NCBI RefSeq assembly: GCF_003918875.1
Contig: NW_025765914.1
Span: 310,001 to 374,000 of the forward strand
DNA: 64,000 bases
Source of the DNA: Haliotis rubra
Taxonomy: Eukaryota
Direction: 5' to 3'
The notes under the pieces were generated by a model. The model was not told the DNA's origin and ran no database searches. It saw nothing but the letters and a program-made list of their open reading frames with translations. Below, in pieces: positions 1 to 11,306 of this stretch (the first letter of the stretch is position 1; each line of letters begins with the position of its first letter). Position numbers and translations under genes: made by a program.

Positions 1-367
1 CCGATAAAGGTAGAAATTTGTAGGTCTGTCCTTGGTCAAGAAGCTTCTTGAATGTCGACTGTTGGGTGTACCTGCTCCAACAGTCCTTGACAAACCCAGC
101 CGTGAGGACAACGATTGTGTAGTCCGACCCCTCCACCACCCGGAACAACTCGTTGAAAACATTTCTACCTGGCAAACAGTCCCGGTCGTGGAAGTAACAG
201 TTCACATAGCCTAGCGACTCTAAGGTCGCCACGACCTTCTCAGTAAACGCAAGGGACAGTTTCGTGTCGGGGGTGACTGACAGACGACATCGGGCGTGGT
301 TGTAGATGACATTGAAGTGGTAGATCTTCCCATCAGGCAGAGGACAGCGACTCAAGGCCTCCGCCAT
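1..367 (-). CDS. TIR-domain protein paralogue A, first coding exon (runs off the window edge)
   Basis: Manual translation from the ATG at 367: MAEALSRCPLPDGKIYHFNVIYNH...YFHDRDCLPGRNVFNELFRVVEGSDYTIVVLTAGFVKDCWSRYTQQSTFKKLLDQGQTYKFLPLS. It has the TIR BB-loop (DRDCLPG) and the betaC strand (IVVLT). 42/61 residues are identical to the TIR at 10758-11306 over DRDCLPG..LPL. Not in the ORF track because there is no stop inside the window. Confidence 0.88.
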   Translation of the reverse strand, partial: MAEALSRCPLPDGKIYHFNVIYNHARCRLSVTPDTKLSLAFTEKVVATLESLGYVNCYFHDRDCLPGRNVFNELFRVVEGSDYTIVVLTAGFVKDCWSRYTQQSTFKKLLDQGQTYKFLPLS

Positions 368-405
368 ATTCGATTCGACCCTAGCCTTATGACGGAGGTA
401 CCTGG

Positions 406-470
406 ACTTTCGGTTTAGTCACTAGTGCATATCAGCTACACACAACCGGTGTGACGATAAGGAAATCCCC
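406..470 (-). promoter_or_regulatory. Candidate IRF-E (406-417) and NF-kB (461-470) sites upstream of TIR paralogue A
   Basis: Minus-strand TAAACCGAAAGT is one mismatch from GAAASYGAAASY. GGGGATTTCC fits GGGRNWYYCC exactly. Both lie 40-100 bp upstream of the ATG. Confidence 0.4.
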
Positions 471-1099
471 ATTTAAACATTGAGGCTCCACACACGGGTG
501 TAACAAATTTATCGTTATTGTATTGGATTGCATTGTACAAACGAAACTGTAATCGTTTATCGCCGTCTTAGCAATTAGCCTGTTAGGGGGATTTAACACT
601 GGCTTTGGAAGTATTTGCACCTGTCGGACGGATCTCATAGTAATTCGGGCGGCCACGTGCAAGGACGGGGGGTCTTTTGGATCCTACCGAAAGTGTAAAT
701 TATAAAGTAACAGTGAAAAGTATTTGAATGAAACTTATCCGAATCGTGTTTTTTCCGATGGTTGGTAAATAGCTTTCTCTCCTCTGTATTTGAAAGTTTT
801 CGACACGATCATTGACATTGCTGTAATGAGTAGAAAAGACCAAACTTCCTGTGCGGTTATTTATAACTGTATAAGGAATGGGAATATTCGTACAAGCAGA
901 ATTCTGACCATGTATGGACAATTCCGACAAAAACCTAAAAATACCTTATAAATTTTAAATACTTCTAGTATTACGTTGTAGGTAGCTACACTTTATAAGG
1001 TCAACGTAGGAGGATAAAATAACGGTAAAAATGACATGCATGGACGACGGATAAATCAGTGATGACAACAGAGGTACACATAAGGATAATTCTAGCGTG

Positions 1100-1980
1100 A
1101 GTTCAGTAAATACTGGACTGTGATTGGTTAACTAAAGTCATTCAGAGGAATATAATCATGTTTTATACCTCTGATTTTCCAACACAGTACGTTTATCTCC
1201 TAAGTATGCCCTGCTAAACCGCTAACATCTCACATTTCATTTATGAAGAGTAGATAATCTCCAGGACAATCAAAAGCAGCAAACTTCATATTCTTTATCT
1301 CTACACCGTTGAGATATCAATAGTAAAATACAATGAATCACCATTTCCTGGTTCTCATGGTCCTGACACCTCACCTCATTCGTGATGATATTGAAAAGAC
1401 TGTGCGAAATATATTCGACAATCCAGAAATTGTATTAAACCAGACAATTTCACAAGAAAACGTTATCGTCCGTATTAACGAGTTTTCGCTGAATCTGTGT
1501 ATGTTATTTTAAAGTAGAGACACGGGGTAACCTATCAAAGGGTGTTCTCCTCACCAACAGACAGAGATTATATATCTTCTCCATAATCTCACTGGGCGTA
1601 TGTACATCACCCACATCGACACCCTCCAGAACATGTACATTCGGGTAGTGAATGGATCAATAAGGAAAACGTGCATAGCTCGTATTCCTTTCACAACAGT
1701 CATGGCCATATTGAACGCCCCCAGTCAGTCTAGGCTGTCAGCTATTGGCGACATATCTTACCCCACTTATAGTAACATTTGTTCTCCAATAATGAAGTGA
1801 AGCTGCTATACCACAAATATGTATTATCTCTTGTGCAAGAGTATTTTCCACACGACTTTGCAACACAATGTTTAGCGAATGTAAAGGAATGTTGTTAATC
1901 ACATTAAGGATAATGTTATCGACGTGATAACCCAATCCAATGAAATTAGTATCTGATAAATATGCAAATAACGTCACTTA
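1100..1980. mobile_element. Highly decayed non-LTR retrotransposon (LINE) fragments
   Basis: 1100-1200 resembles 19930-20010, which adjoins the LINE relic. Plus-strand LNQTISQENV looks like a LINE ORF2 linker. Minus-strand ILNVINNIP...HYW looks like a LINE ORF2 C-terminal part. Many stops. Confidence 0.35.
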
Positions 1981-3561
1981 ACAGGAAACATATTGGTTCT
2001 GTCCTCGAAGCATATTAATTTCCCTTCTGCCTGGCCTATCTACAATGCAAAAGTCCTAAATGAAGTAAGTCTAGATTTTCTCCCGAATTGAAGCTCCTAT
2101 GTCATTGGGGCTCCTTTTCAATTTAAATGCTTATTTGTTTCTATCAGAATGATATATTTTCAGAGACTAAGCGTTAGTCTCAGCCGTGTACATCAATACG
2201 CGATGCCGTCCTTCTCAATAAAATACTGACCATATATTCCCATCATGTTTAGAAGAGGGTTCCCAATGAGCAGCCAAACTGTGGCTTCATGTCTATGATC
2301 CTTGTACATGATAGGACACAGCCTCGGATAACAATCACTATAACGTCATAGATAGCTACATTCCAATTCTTTTTCACAGCTTCTAGTAAACAGGTTTGGT
2401 GTAGACAAACCAATCATTGTAAACATTTTTAACGGTTCCACAATCAGGGTATTTCAAGATTCAAGATTCAATATTCAGTGTCTGTGTACATGTGTAAATA
2501 ATTCGGTTAGGTTAATTCAATATCAACAGATAGAAGTACAATAAGACAAATGCATGAATACAATCCAATTGTCAGCAGAGTATTGCAACTGGTTTAAAAT
2601 AATCATTGTAAACAATTCTTAACAGGGCATAAATTCCGCCGTTATAGTTTTACAAAATTACACAAAGTTAGAGACAAGCTACGATAACAGTGATAATACA
2701 CTGTAAAATTATCTAACACCAAGAAAACAAAAACTCTTACAGTTGGGGAATACATATACTGAATGAGTGAATATCAGCATCATTTACCTTACCTGAAGCG
2801 TAAGTGCCTTCTGACAAGTGGTTGTCTCCCCTTTACTGTTAGTATATTTCCAAGATATACAAAACAAACGATTCAGACATGCATCTGCCAGTCATTGCTT
2901 TAACAGACTTGTTCTTTCGGGTTAAATGCACACACTATTGGCCAACTTACTCATTGCCTGACACCCAATCCCCATATTGGTCAGAACTTATGTTTCTTTG
3001 TTCAACGGCAATTCAGCTACACGGTGGCGGGTTGTAAATAATCGGGTCCGGACCACAGGCCCTCATGTCTTTGCGTGGATTAAAGATTTTGAAAATATAC
3101 AAAAATATTGAGATGACCCCCGACTCGAAATACTTCATAGTACAATACATTATGACAAGGCTGGACACCTTAGGTGTACCCCACCCGCCTGCTTTGCCGA
3201 TCGCTACGCTACCGTTGCATGCAATCGATTAAAACGTAATATGAACATAATCATGGGTGATTGGCCTATCGATCACCACTCATGACATCTACCAATTCTT
3301 TATTGTTATTTCTGCAAGTCGATTGAAACCCGATTTTGACGCTCAACTAAACGATCTTAACACAAATGGAAGATGGTATGTCCGCACAAAACGAGGGTGT
3401 GGTCGAAACAAGTCCCAACCCATCTGTAGTGGATCGTGAGGCTTCAGGTGGTTAAACAACTTTATCCTGTGAAATACACAACCAGTAATAGCTGATCTTT
3501 CCCAACCGTGGGTTAATTAATAAACACAGGACACACAATCTTATTTTTAGCCACCGACATT

Positions 3562-3564
<3 letters not shown>

Positions 3565-3617
<53 letters not shown>

Positions 3618-3631
3618 TCTCTCTCTCTCTC
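3565..3631 (+). repeat. (CT)n microsatellite
   Basis: Direct inspection. Confidence 0.95.
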
Positions 3632-3829
3632 ATCCCCAAAGGTAAATGTACGAACATGATTTATAAATTCCTTTATTCATTTCTATACAAAAACAGGTAT
3701 ACATTGTATATATGTGGTGAGTATTTACATAGACACAAACAATATCATGAAATGAATACCAGAAAGATAGTACAAACACCCTTGTGGTGTTGAGGGACCT
3801 ACGCAAGCACTTCGAGTTATTCTAGGTTG

Positions 3830-4565
3830 AATACAACCTCAAAATGTATCGCCTGTCTGGGTCATACAACTACTCAGGTGTTTGGTTCAGACCTGATGTC
3901 AACATGCCTCCATACAACTACTCGCCTGACCTGGATCATACAACTACTCTCAGTTGTCTGGACTTCAGACCTGCCTGATGTCAACTCAGCTATCTCGCCA
4001 ACATATCTCTGCCTGCCCGGATCATACAAATACTCAGTTGTCTGGTTCAGACCTGACTGATGTCAACATATCTCGCCTGCCCGGACCATACAACTACTCC
4101 AGTTGGGTCTGGTGATCATCAAATATCCTGATCTGATGTTGTCAACCTGACTGATCTCAACCTGCCCGGATCATACAAATACTCAGCTGTCTGGTTCAGA
4201 CCTGACTGATGTCAACATATCTCGCCTGCCCGGAACATTCACAACTACTCAGTTGTCTGGGTCGAACCTGCCTGCCCGGAACATACAACTACTCAGTTGT
4301 CTGGTTCAGACCTGACTGATGTCAACATATCTCGCCTGCCCGGATCATACAACTACTCAGTTGTCTGGTTCAGACCTGACTGATGTCAACATATCTCGCC
4401 TGCCTGGACCATACAACTACTCAGTTGTCTGGTTCAGACCTGACTGAATCATACAAACACTCAGTGGTGTGGTTCGGACACGACTGATGTCGGCATATTT
4501 TGCCTACCTGGGTGACACAACCGCTGACTTGTCTGGTTCAAACCTGACATATCTGGCATATCTCG
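3830..4565 (+). repeat. 64-bp minisatellite (CATACAACTACTCAGTTGTCTGGTTCAGACCTGACTGATGTCAACATATCTCGCCTGCCCGGAT)
   Basis: Units start at 4282, 4346 and 4410; the 5' copies are degenerate. It lies in the probable 3' UTR of the TIR gene (AATAAA on the minus strand at about 3672-3677). Confidence 0.9.
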
Positions 4566-4859
4566 ATGTACAAGAACATACCATCCTTCATCTGCTCTTC
4601 TGGAACATTCTTGCATTATTGACCTGACTGAAAACAATTCCACAACATGACGGGGATTAAATATCTTTTTTAAAAAACAAAAGAAAAACGATAAAATGTG
4701 TACAAGCACAACATTCAACATGATTCACTGAATTGATTTGTTTGTTATTCAAGGAAATCGTGTTTTGGTAGCTATTTATCAGTCACATTTAGAGAAAGAT
4801 ATAACTGGAGACGACACACTTCATTGGGATGGTTGTAGAGTCATGTGGCAGTTCATGCG

Positions 4860-7800
4860 TTACTTCCTCACAGGAAACCTACTCAACGAGTCAGCCATGA
4901 AGAGGTTTTCTGCCATGCTGAAGAATAATCCCACCAAAAGCCGTGTTCCACGCGAATCTGTGAAAAGGCACACGAAAAGATGTTGTAAATACAACATAGA
5001 GGTGGTGACTATACATATGCATATATAATTCGGTTCAACGTGAGTTTGAATGAATGACAGATTGATTGATTGATTCAATTTGATTGTAGACTAAAGCCAC
5101 AAACAGGTTGTAAATAAGCAGATCTGTACAAGACAAACCAGATGATGAAAGCATAAGCAACAAATACAGGACTTGACCACCATCCATTTACAGTCAATAC
5201 ACATTGCTAGGTTCACAACAGAGTTTATATACAGTACACACACCTCCAAAAGTTATCGTTTACCGACACAACATATCTCGCCTGCCTGGACCAGACAGGC
5301 ACTCAGTTGCCTAGTCAGACCTGACTGATGTCAACATGTCTCGCCTGCCTGGATCAGACAGGCACTCAGTTGCCTGGTCAGATCTGACTGATGTCAACAT
5401 ATCTCGCCTGCCTGGATCAGACAGGCACTCAGTTGCCTAGTCAGACCTGACCGATGTCAACATGTACACACCTCCAATAGTTATCGTTTGCTGACCATCT
5501 TTATGATACTGCAGGAAGTTATTGACTTGAGACACTGTATATGAGGGCATCTCAGTATGGCATATCAAGGGTATTCGTGTGTATGTGCGTTGTGTACATG
5601 CGTGTTTGTGTGTATGTGTGTACGTGCGCACGTGGATGCCTGCGTGTAACTACAGAATATGACACATCTATGTTGAATTGCGTTGTTCAGACGACAAGTT
5701 GGACTAGAACAGACTAGTGAGTGAGTTAAAAGATAGAGAAAGAACATGTTTACTATTCACTATGAATTTGGAACGCACCTTGAGCTTCATATTCTCCACC
5801 ATGGGTCAGACTCGTCTCTGGATGTGCCTCGTCTGTTTCTCTCCCTGCAACGCCATCTTGAACCCGATCCTCTCCATCAGGGACGAGGCTTGTTCCTTGA
5901 AGTGGCTTTTCTGTTTCTCTCCCTGTAACGCCATCTTTGAACCTGATGTTCATCGTCATAGGATCAGGATTGTTCTTTGGAACAGTCTGATCTGTTTCTG
6001 CCCCCTAACACCGCCATCTTGAACCTGATCCTCTCCATCATGGACGGGGCTTGTTTCTTGAAGTGGCATTCCTCTATTCCTCTCCCTGTAACGCCATCTT
6101 GAACCTGATCCTCTCCATCATAGACGGGGCTTGTTCCTTGAAGTGGCTCTTCTGTTTCTCTCCCTGTAACGCCATCTTGAACCTGATCCTCTCCATCATA
6201 GACGGGGCTTGTTCCTTGAAGTGGCTCTTCTGTTTCTCTCCTGTACCGCCATCTTGAACCTGATCCTCTCCATCATAGACGGGGCTTGTTCCTTGAAGGG
6301 CTCTTCTGTTTCTCTCCCTGTAACGCCATCTTGAACCTGATCCTCTCCATCATAGACGGGGCTTGTTCCTTGGAGAGTGGCTCTTCTGTTTCTCTCCTGT
6401 AACGCCATCTTGAACCTGATCCTCTCCATCATAGACGGGGCTTGTTCCTTGAAGTGGCTCTTCTGTTTCTCTCCCTGTACCGCCATCTTGAACCTGATCC
6501 TCTCCATCATAGACGGGGCTTGTTCCTTGAAGTGGCTCTTCTGTTTCTCTCCCTGTAACGCCATCTTGAACCTGATCCTCTCCATCATAGACGGGGCTTG
6601 TTCCTTGAAGTGGCTCTTCTGTTTCTCTCCTGTAACGCCATCTTGAACCTGATCCTCTCCATCAGGGACGAGGCTTGTTCCTTGAAGTGGCTCTTCTGTT
6701 TCTCTCCCTGTACCGCCATCTAGACCTTGAACCTGATGTTCATCATAATCAGTCAGGGGGCATCCGTGAGTAGATGATCGTCTCTCCATCTGCTGAAGAA
6801 CCTCCTTGAGACAGCCGGTTAACCATGACATCTAGTGTTAAATGTAAAGAAGAGTGACTGGAGTGAGTGAGTGGGTTAAACTTTACGCCGCACTCAGCAA
6901 TATTCCAGCTATATGGAGGTGGTCTGTAAATAATCGAGTCTGGACCAGACAATCCAGTGATCAACAACATGAGCATCGTTCTGCACAATCGGGAACCGAT
7001 GACATGTGAACCAAGTCAGCGAGCCTGACCACCCGATCCCGTTAGTTGCCTCTTACGACAAGCATGGGTTACTGAAGATCAATATTCTAACCCGGACCTG
7101 CAGGGTCAAATGTAAAGAAGAGGCATTTGCATCTTTGGCGTTTTGTAACCCTATATTACAAGATGTAGGAACATGCCTGCAGGAAGTTATTGACTTGAGA
7201 CACTGTATATGAGGGCATCTCTCTAGTATGGCATATCAATGAGTATTCGTGTGTATGTGCGTTGTGTACGTGCGTGTTTGTGTGTAATGTGTGTGTACGT
7301 GCGCATGTGGATGCCTGCGTGTAACTACAGAATATGACACATCTATGTTGAATTGCGTTGTTCAGACGACAAGTTTGACGAGAACAGACTAGTGTAGTGA
7401 GTTAAAAGATAGATAAAGACAAATTCATTATGAATTTGGAACGCACCTGAGCTTCATATTCTCTACCATGGACCAGGTTCGTCTCTGGATGTGCCTCAAA
7501 TCTGTTTCTCTCCCTGTAACGCCATCTTGAACCTGATCCTCTCCATCATCAGGGACGGGCTTGTTCCTTGAAGTGGCTCTTCCTGTTTCTCTCCCTGTAA
7601 GCCATCTTGAGACCTGATCCTCTCCATCATAGACGGGGCTTGTTCCTTGAAGTGGCTCTTCTTCTGTTTCCTGTACCGCCATCTTAGACCTGATCCTCCA
7701 TCATGAGACGGGGCTTGTTCCCTTGAAGTGGGCTCTTCTGTTTCTCTCCTGTACCGCCATCTTGAACCTCGATCCTCTCTCCATCTTAGACGGGGCTTGT

Positions 7801-10800
7801 TGTTCCTTGAAGTGGCTCTTCTGTTTCTTCCCTGTAACCTGCATCTTGAACCCTGATCCTCTCCATCATCATAGACGGGGCTTGTTCCTTGAAGTGGCTC
7901 TTCTGTTTCTCTCCCTGTACTCGCCATCTTGGGCCTGATCCTCTCCATCATAGACAGGGCTTTGTTCGCGTGGCTCTTCTGTTTCTCTCCACCAACGCCA
8001 TCTTGAACCTGATCCCCTCTCCATCATGGAGCGGGGCTTGTTCTGGCAGAAGTAGCTCTTCTGATACCTCTCCCTGTAACGCCATCGCAGACCTGATCCT
8101 CTCCATCATGGGCAGGGCTTGTTCCTTTGAAGTAGAAATGCTTCTGTTCTCTTTCCCTGTACCGCCATCTTGAACCTGATCCTCTCCATCATAGACAGGG
8201 CTTGTTCCTTGAAGTGCTCTTCTGTTTCTCTCCCTGTAACGCCATCTTGAACCTGATCCTCTCCATCATAGACGGGGGCTTGTTCCTTGAAGTGGCTCTT
8301 CTGTTTCTCTCCCTAACGCCATCTTGAACCCTGATCCTCTCCATCAGGGACGAGGCTTGTTCCTTGAAGTGGCTCTTCTGTTTCTCTCCCTGTACCGCCA
8401 TCTAGACCTTGAACCTGATGTTCATAATCAGTCAGGGCATCCGTGAGTAGATGATCGTCTCTCCATCTGCTGAAGAACCTCCTTGAGGACAGCCGGTTAA
8501 CCATGACATCTGAGTGTTAAATGTAAAGAAGTGACTGAGTGAGTGAGTGGGTTAAGCTTTACGCCGCACTCAGCAATATTCCAGCTTATATGGAGGTGGT
8601 CTGTAAATAATCGAGTCTGGACCAGACAATCCAGTGATCAACAACATGAGGCATCGTTCTGCACAATCGGGAACCGATGACATGTGAACCAAGTCAGCGA
8701 GCCTGACCACCCGATCCCGTTAGTTGCCTCTTACGACAAGCATGGGTTACTGAAGATCAATATTCTAACCCGGACCTGCACGGGTCAAATGTAAAGAAGA
8801 GGCATTTGCATCTTTGGCGTTTGTAACCTATATTACAAGATGTAGGAACATGCCTGCAGGAAGTTATTGACTTGAGACACTGTATATGAGGGCATCTCTC
8901 GGTATGGCATATCAATGGTATTCGTGTGTATGTGCGTTGTGTACGTGCGTGTTTGTGTGTATGTGTGTACGTGCGCATGTGGATGCCTGCGTGTAACTAC
9001 AGAATATGACACATCTATGTTGAATTGCGTTGTTCAGACGACAAGTTTGACGAGAACAGACTAGTGAGTGAGTTAAAAGATAGATAAAGACAAATTCATT
9101 ATGAATTTGGAACGCACCTTATGAGCTTCATATTCTCCACCATGGACCAGGTTCGTCTCTGGATGTGCCTCGTCTGTTTCTCTCCCTGTAACGCCATCTT
9201 GATCCCGATCCTCTCCATCAGGGACGAGGCTTGTTCCTTGAAGTGGCTCTTCTGTTTCTCTCCCTGTAACGCCATCTTGAACCTGATCCTCTCCATCATA
9301 GACGGGGCTTGTTCCTTGAAGTGGCTCTTCTGTTTCTCTCCCCTGTACCGCCATCTAGACCTTGAACTTGATGTTCATCGTCACGGATCAGGATTGTCTT
9401 TGGAACTGTCTGATCTGTTTCTGCCGACGTAACACAATCTTGAACCTGATCCTCTCCATCATGGACGAGGCTTGTTTCTTGAAGCATCTCCTCTATTCCT
9501 CTCCTGTAACGACACCTTGACCTTGAACCCGACGTTCATAATCAGTCAGGGGCATGTATTAAAACGCGTTACATCTGAGAAGCGCTAGGAATAGATTTGC
9601 ACCAGAGAATACTCAACATCTGGGCGAAAAGGCAAAAGAGTGGGTACAGAATATTGGTATCAACTGCCCCTAGGCTAATTGCCCCTCGGACAAGGTGATC
9701 CCCATGGAGTGGATTCCAAGTCAGAGAGGGAATGAAAAGTTAGCTTTAGAGGGATTCTTGTATGTCCACCAGAAAGAGTTACAAGGTGGAGTTAACTCTT
9801 ATGAATGTGTGAAGAGGAGACAGTCAGTGTAAGAAGCAGAAGTGGCTAAAGTGAGAAATGCCATTAAATGTAACTTTCTCAAAAATGAGGTCTAAGTGAA
9901 TTTTCATGATTTATATGTTGTGTTGTATAACTTAGTGCTGTAAATTAAAAATTTAAAACTATTACTTTCAGTTTGTGTGTTTTTTGTTTTGATAGGGGGC
10001 AGTTGTCCGGGGGGCAATAAACCCAGGAGGCAGTTGTGTGTGTGTGTGGGCGCAATGGACGGGGGCAGATATCCAGGGGCAGTTGTCGGGGGCAGTTGTC
10101 CGGGGGGCAGTTAGCCTAGACCCAGAATATTACATGAATGGATCGCCGAACATTAGCGATGATAACAGGTGCTCGTGAAAGGGGTAAACATTCCCTGCTC
10201 TAGCGGGAGCACCCACCCAAGAAACATGGTGTTCATTGCCTATCGTATTTAAGAATGACATCAACGAAGAAAAGGCACACTCACCTTCATCCTGTGGGAT
10301 GATCGGATTATGTACAGAGGCTGGGGGATCATTGTCTTCAGCTTGCTGGCCTCCATTTTGGTTGGTTTCTGAATCGCAGTAACAAGATTCAATGAAACCC
10401 GTTGGTTCAGACGATTCTGGATTTAGTGATGTTGTTATTTAGTTGAAGAATCGGTTTCTGGAATATTGAATTGTAGTGTGCCCCTGAGCACAGCGCCATC
10501 CAGAGTAAGGTTTAGAGTTCGGTGATGTAGATTATAGAAATTGGCGAAAGCCTGGATATCAAAGGGAGGCAACTCATGAAAGGTTCGCGTTGTAGTTTCG
10601 CTTTAGCAATGGCAGTTACATTGAGACAACATACGCATGTCAGTCATTTTTATGTAACTCTGGAAAGTATTTCATTGTGGGAGAATGGTAAAAACCTAAG
10701 ACATGTGAATATTTTCTGAAAACTAAAGTCGAAATTGAGACCAAAGTTTGAACTCACCTTCCACAGGGTATTTCCTTGATTCGTTGCATGCATGCTGACG

Positions 10801-11306
10801 TTAGCTATTGGTCTGTGTTTAGTGAACACTCTTCTCAACTTTTGCCATGATGCCTCGTCATTCTCCCAGTCATCAGAAAACTCCAGAGGTGCTTGTGTGG
10901 TCAGCTCTACAGGCACTCGTAAATTCTGGTTCAGTCCGAAACATAACGGAAGTAACCGATGAGAAATGCCCCTCTCCAGAAGCTCCTTAAATGTGGCCTG
11001 TTGTGTATATCGATTCCAACTATCCAGTATAAACCCTGGGGTAAGGACGACGATGATGTACTCGGACGCTTCAACCACCCGGAATAGTTCCTGGAATACA
11101 TTCAAACCCGGCAAGCAATCCCGGTCATAATAGTACGAAGCACGGAGCCCGATAGATGCCAGTGTAGTTGTGATCTTTTTAACAACTTTTAAAGACTTTT
11201 CAATGTCATCTGGGGGATCGGAATCGTAATTGTATAAGATACAAAAATGATATTCTTTCCCGGGCGACACAGGGATACTTTCAACCGCGTCCCCTCCCGT
11301 CGCCAT
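4860..11306 (-). CDS. TIR-domain protein paralogue B with a long acidic 26-aa tandem-repeat linker and short hydrophobic C-terminal tail (spliced model)
   Basis: Exon 1 11306-10758 encodes the TIR (MATGGDAV...YDRDCLPGLNVFQELFRVVEASEYIIVVLTPGFILDSWNRYTQQ...TLWK, donor GTGAGT). Exon 2 10551-10285 (AFANF...ETDSST/TTSLNPESS...PQDE) has one apparent 1-nt loss near 10437. Repeat exons are 9574-9118, 8509-7447 and 6831-5779. The terminal exon is 4957-4860 (DSRGTRLLVGLFFSMAENLFMADSLSRFPVRK*). The TIR exon is secure; the downstream exons are inferred from splice signals and phase and contain scattered indels. Confidence 0.7.
5270..5465 (+). repeat. 63-bp minisatellite, 3 copies, related to the 64-bp array
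   Basis: TCGCCTGCCTGGA at 5278, 5341 and 5404; shares the GACCTGACTGATGTCAACAT core with the 64-bp array. Confidence 0.85.
6855..7107 (-). mobile_element. SINE family A copy with 15-bp TSD (AAATGTAAAGAAGAG)
   Basis: Matches about 12 other copies in the window. TSD at 6840-6854 and 7108-7122; (ACTC)n tail. Confidence 0.85.
8531..8786 (-). mobile_element. SINE family A copy (duplicated together with the module)
   Basis: Near-identical to 6855-7107 including the flanks. Confidence 0.85.
9656..10122. mobile_element. Non-autonomous DNA transposon with 9-bp TSD and GGGGCAGTTGTCC subterminal repeats
   Basis: CAGAATATT at 9647-9655 and 10123-10131; GGT...ACC ends; inverted AACTGCCCC / GGGGCAGTT motifs at both ends. 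Confidence 0.65.
10758..11306 (-). CDS. TIR domain exon of paralogue B
   Basis: Part of ORF 10650..11363. ATG in the context AATATGGCG; TIR boxes YHFCILYN, DRDCLPG, IIVVLTPGF, LLPL; donor AAG|GTGAGT at 10758/10757. Confidence 0.92.

Larger units (their letters stand above)
5779..9574 (-). repeat. 78-bp coding minisatellite (GRETEEPLQGTSPVYDGEDQVQDGVT) in three blocks, inside a ~1.67-kb tandemly repeated exon-intron module
   Basis: The unit period is 78 (ACGCCATC at 6091 and 6169). Module starts (CTGCAGGAAGTTATTG) are at 5509, 7177 and 8854. Confidence 0.92.

Noticed and set aside
5717-9432. Plus-strand ORFs (CSLKWLFCFSPCNAIL...) and the minus-strand KQKSHFKEQAPSMMER / RNRRATSRNK frames
   Set aside because: These are alternative frames or the antisense of the 78-bp repeat. 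Only the acidic frame connects to the flanking splice sites and non-repeat exon ends.
10650-10757. C-terminal extension of the 237-aa TIR ORF
   Set aside because: A strong AAG|GTGAGT donor at 10758 makes this intronic, though an unspliced TIR-only isoform cannot be excluded.
4860-10757. STING domain downstream of TIR paralogue B
   Set aside because: No STING-like sequence was recognisable in any candidate exon; only low-complexity acidic repeats were found.
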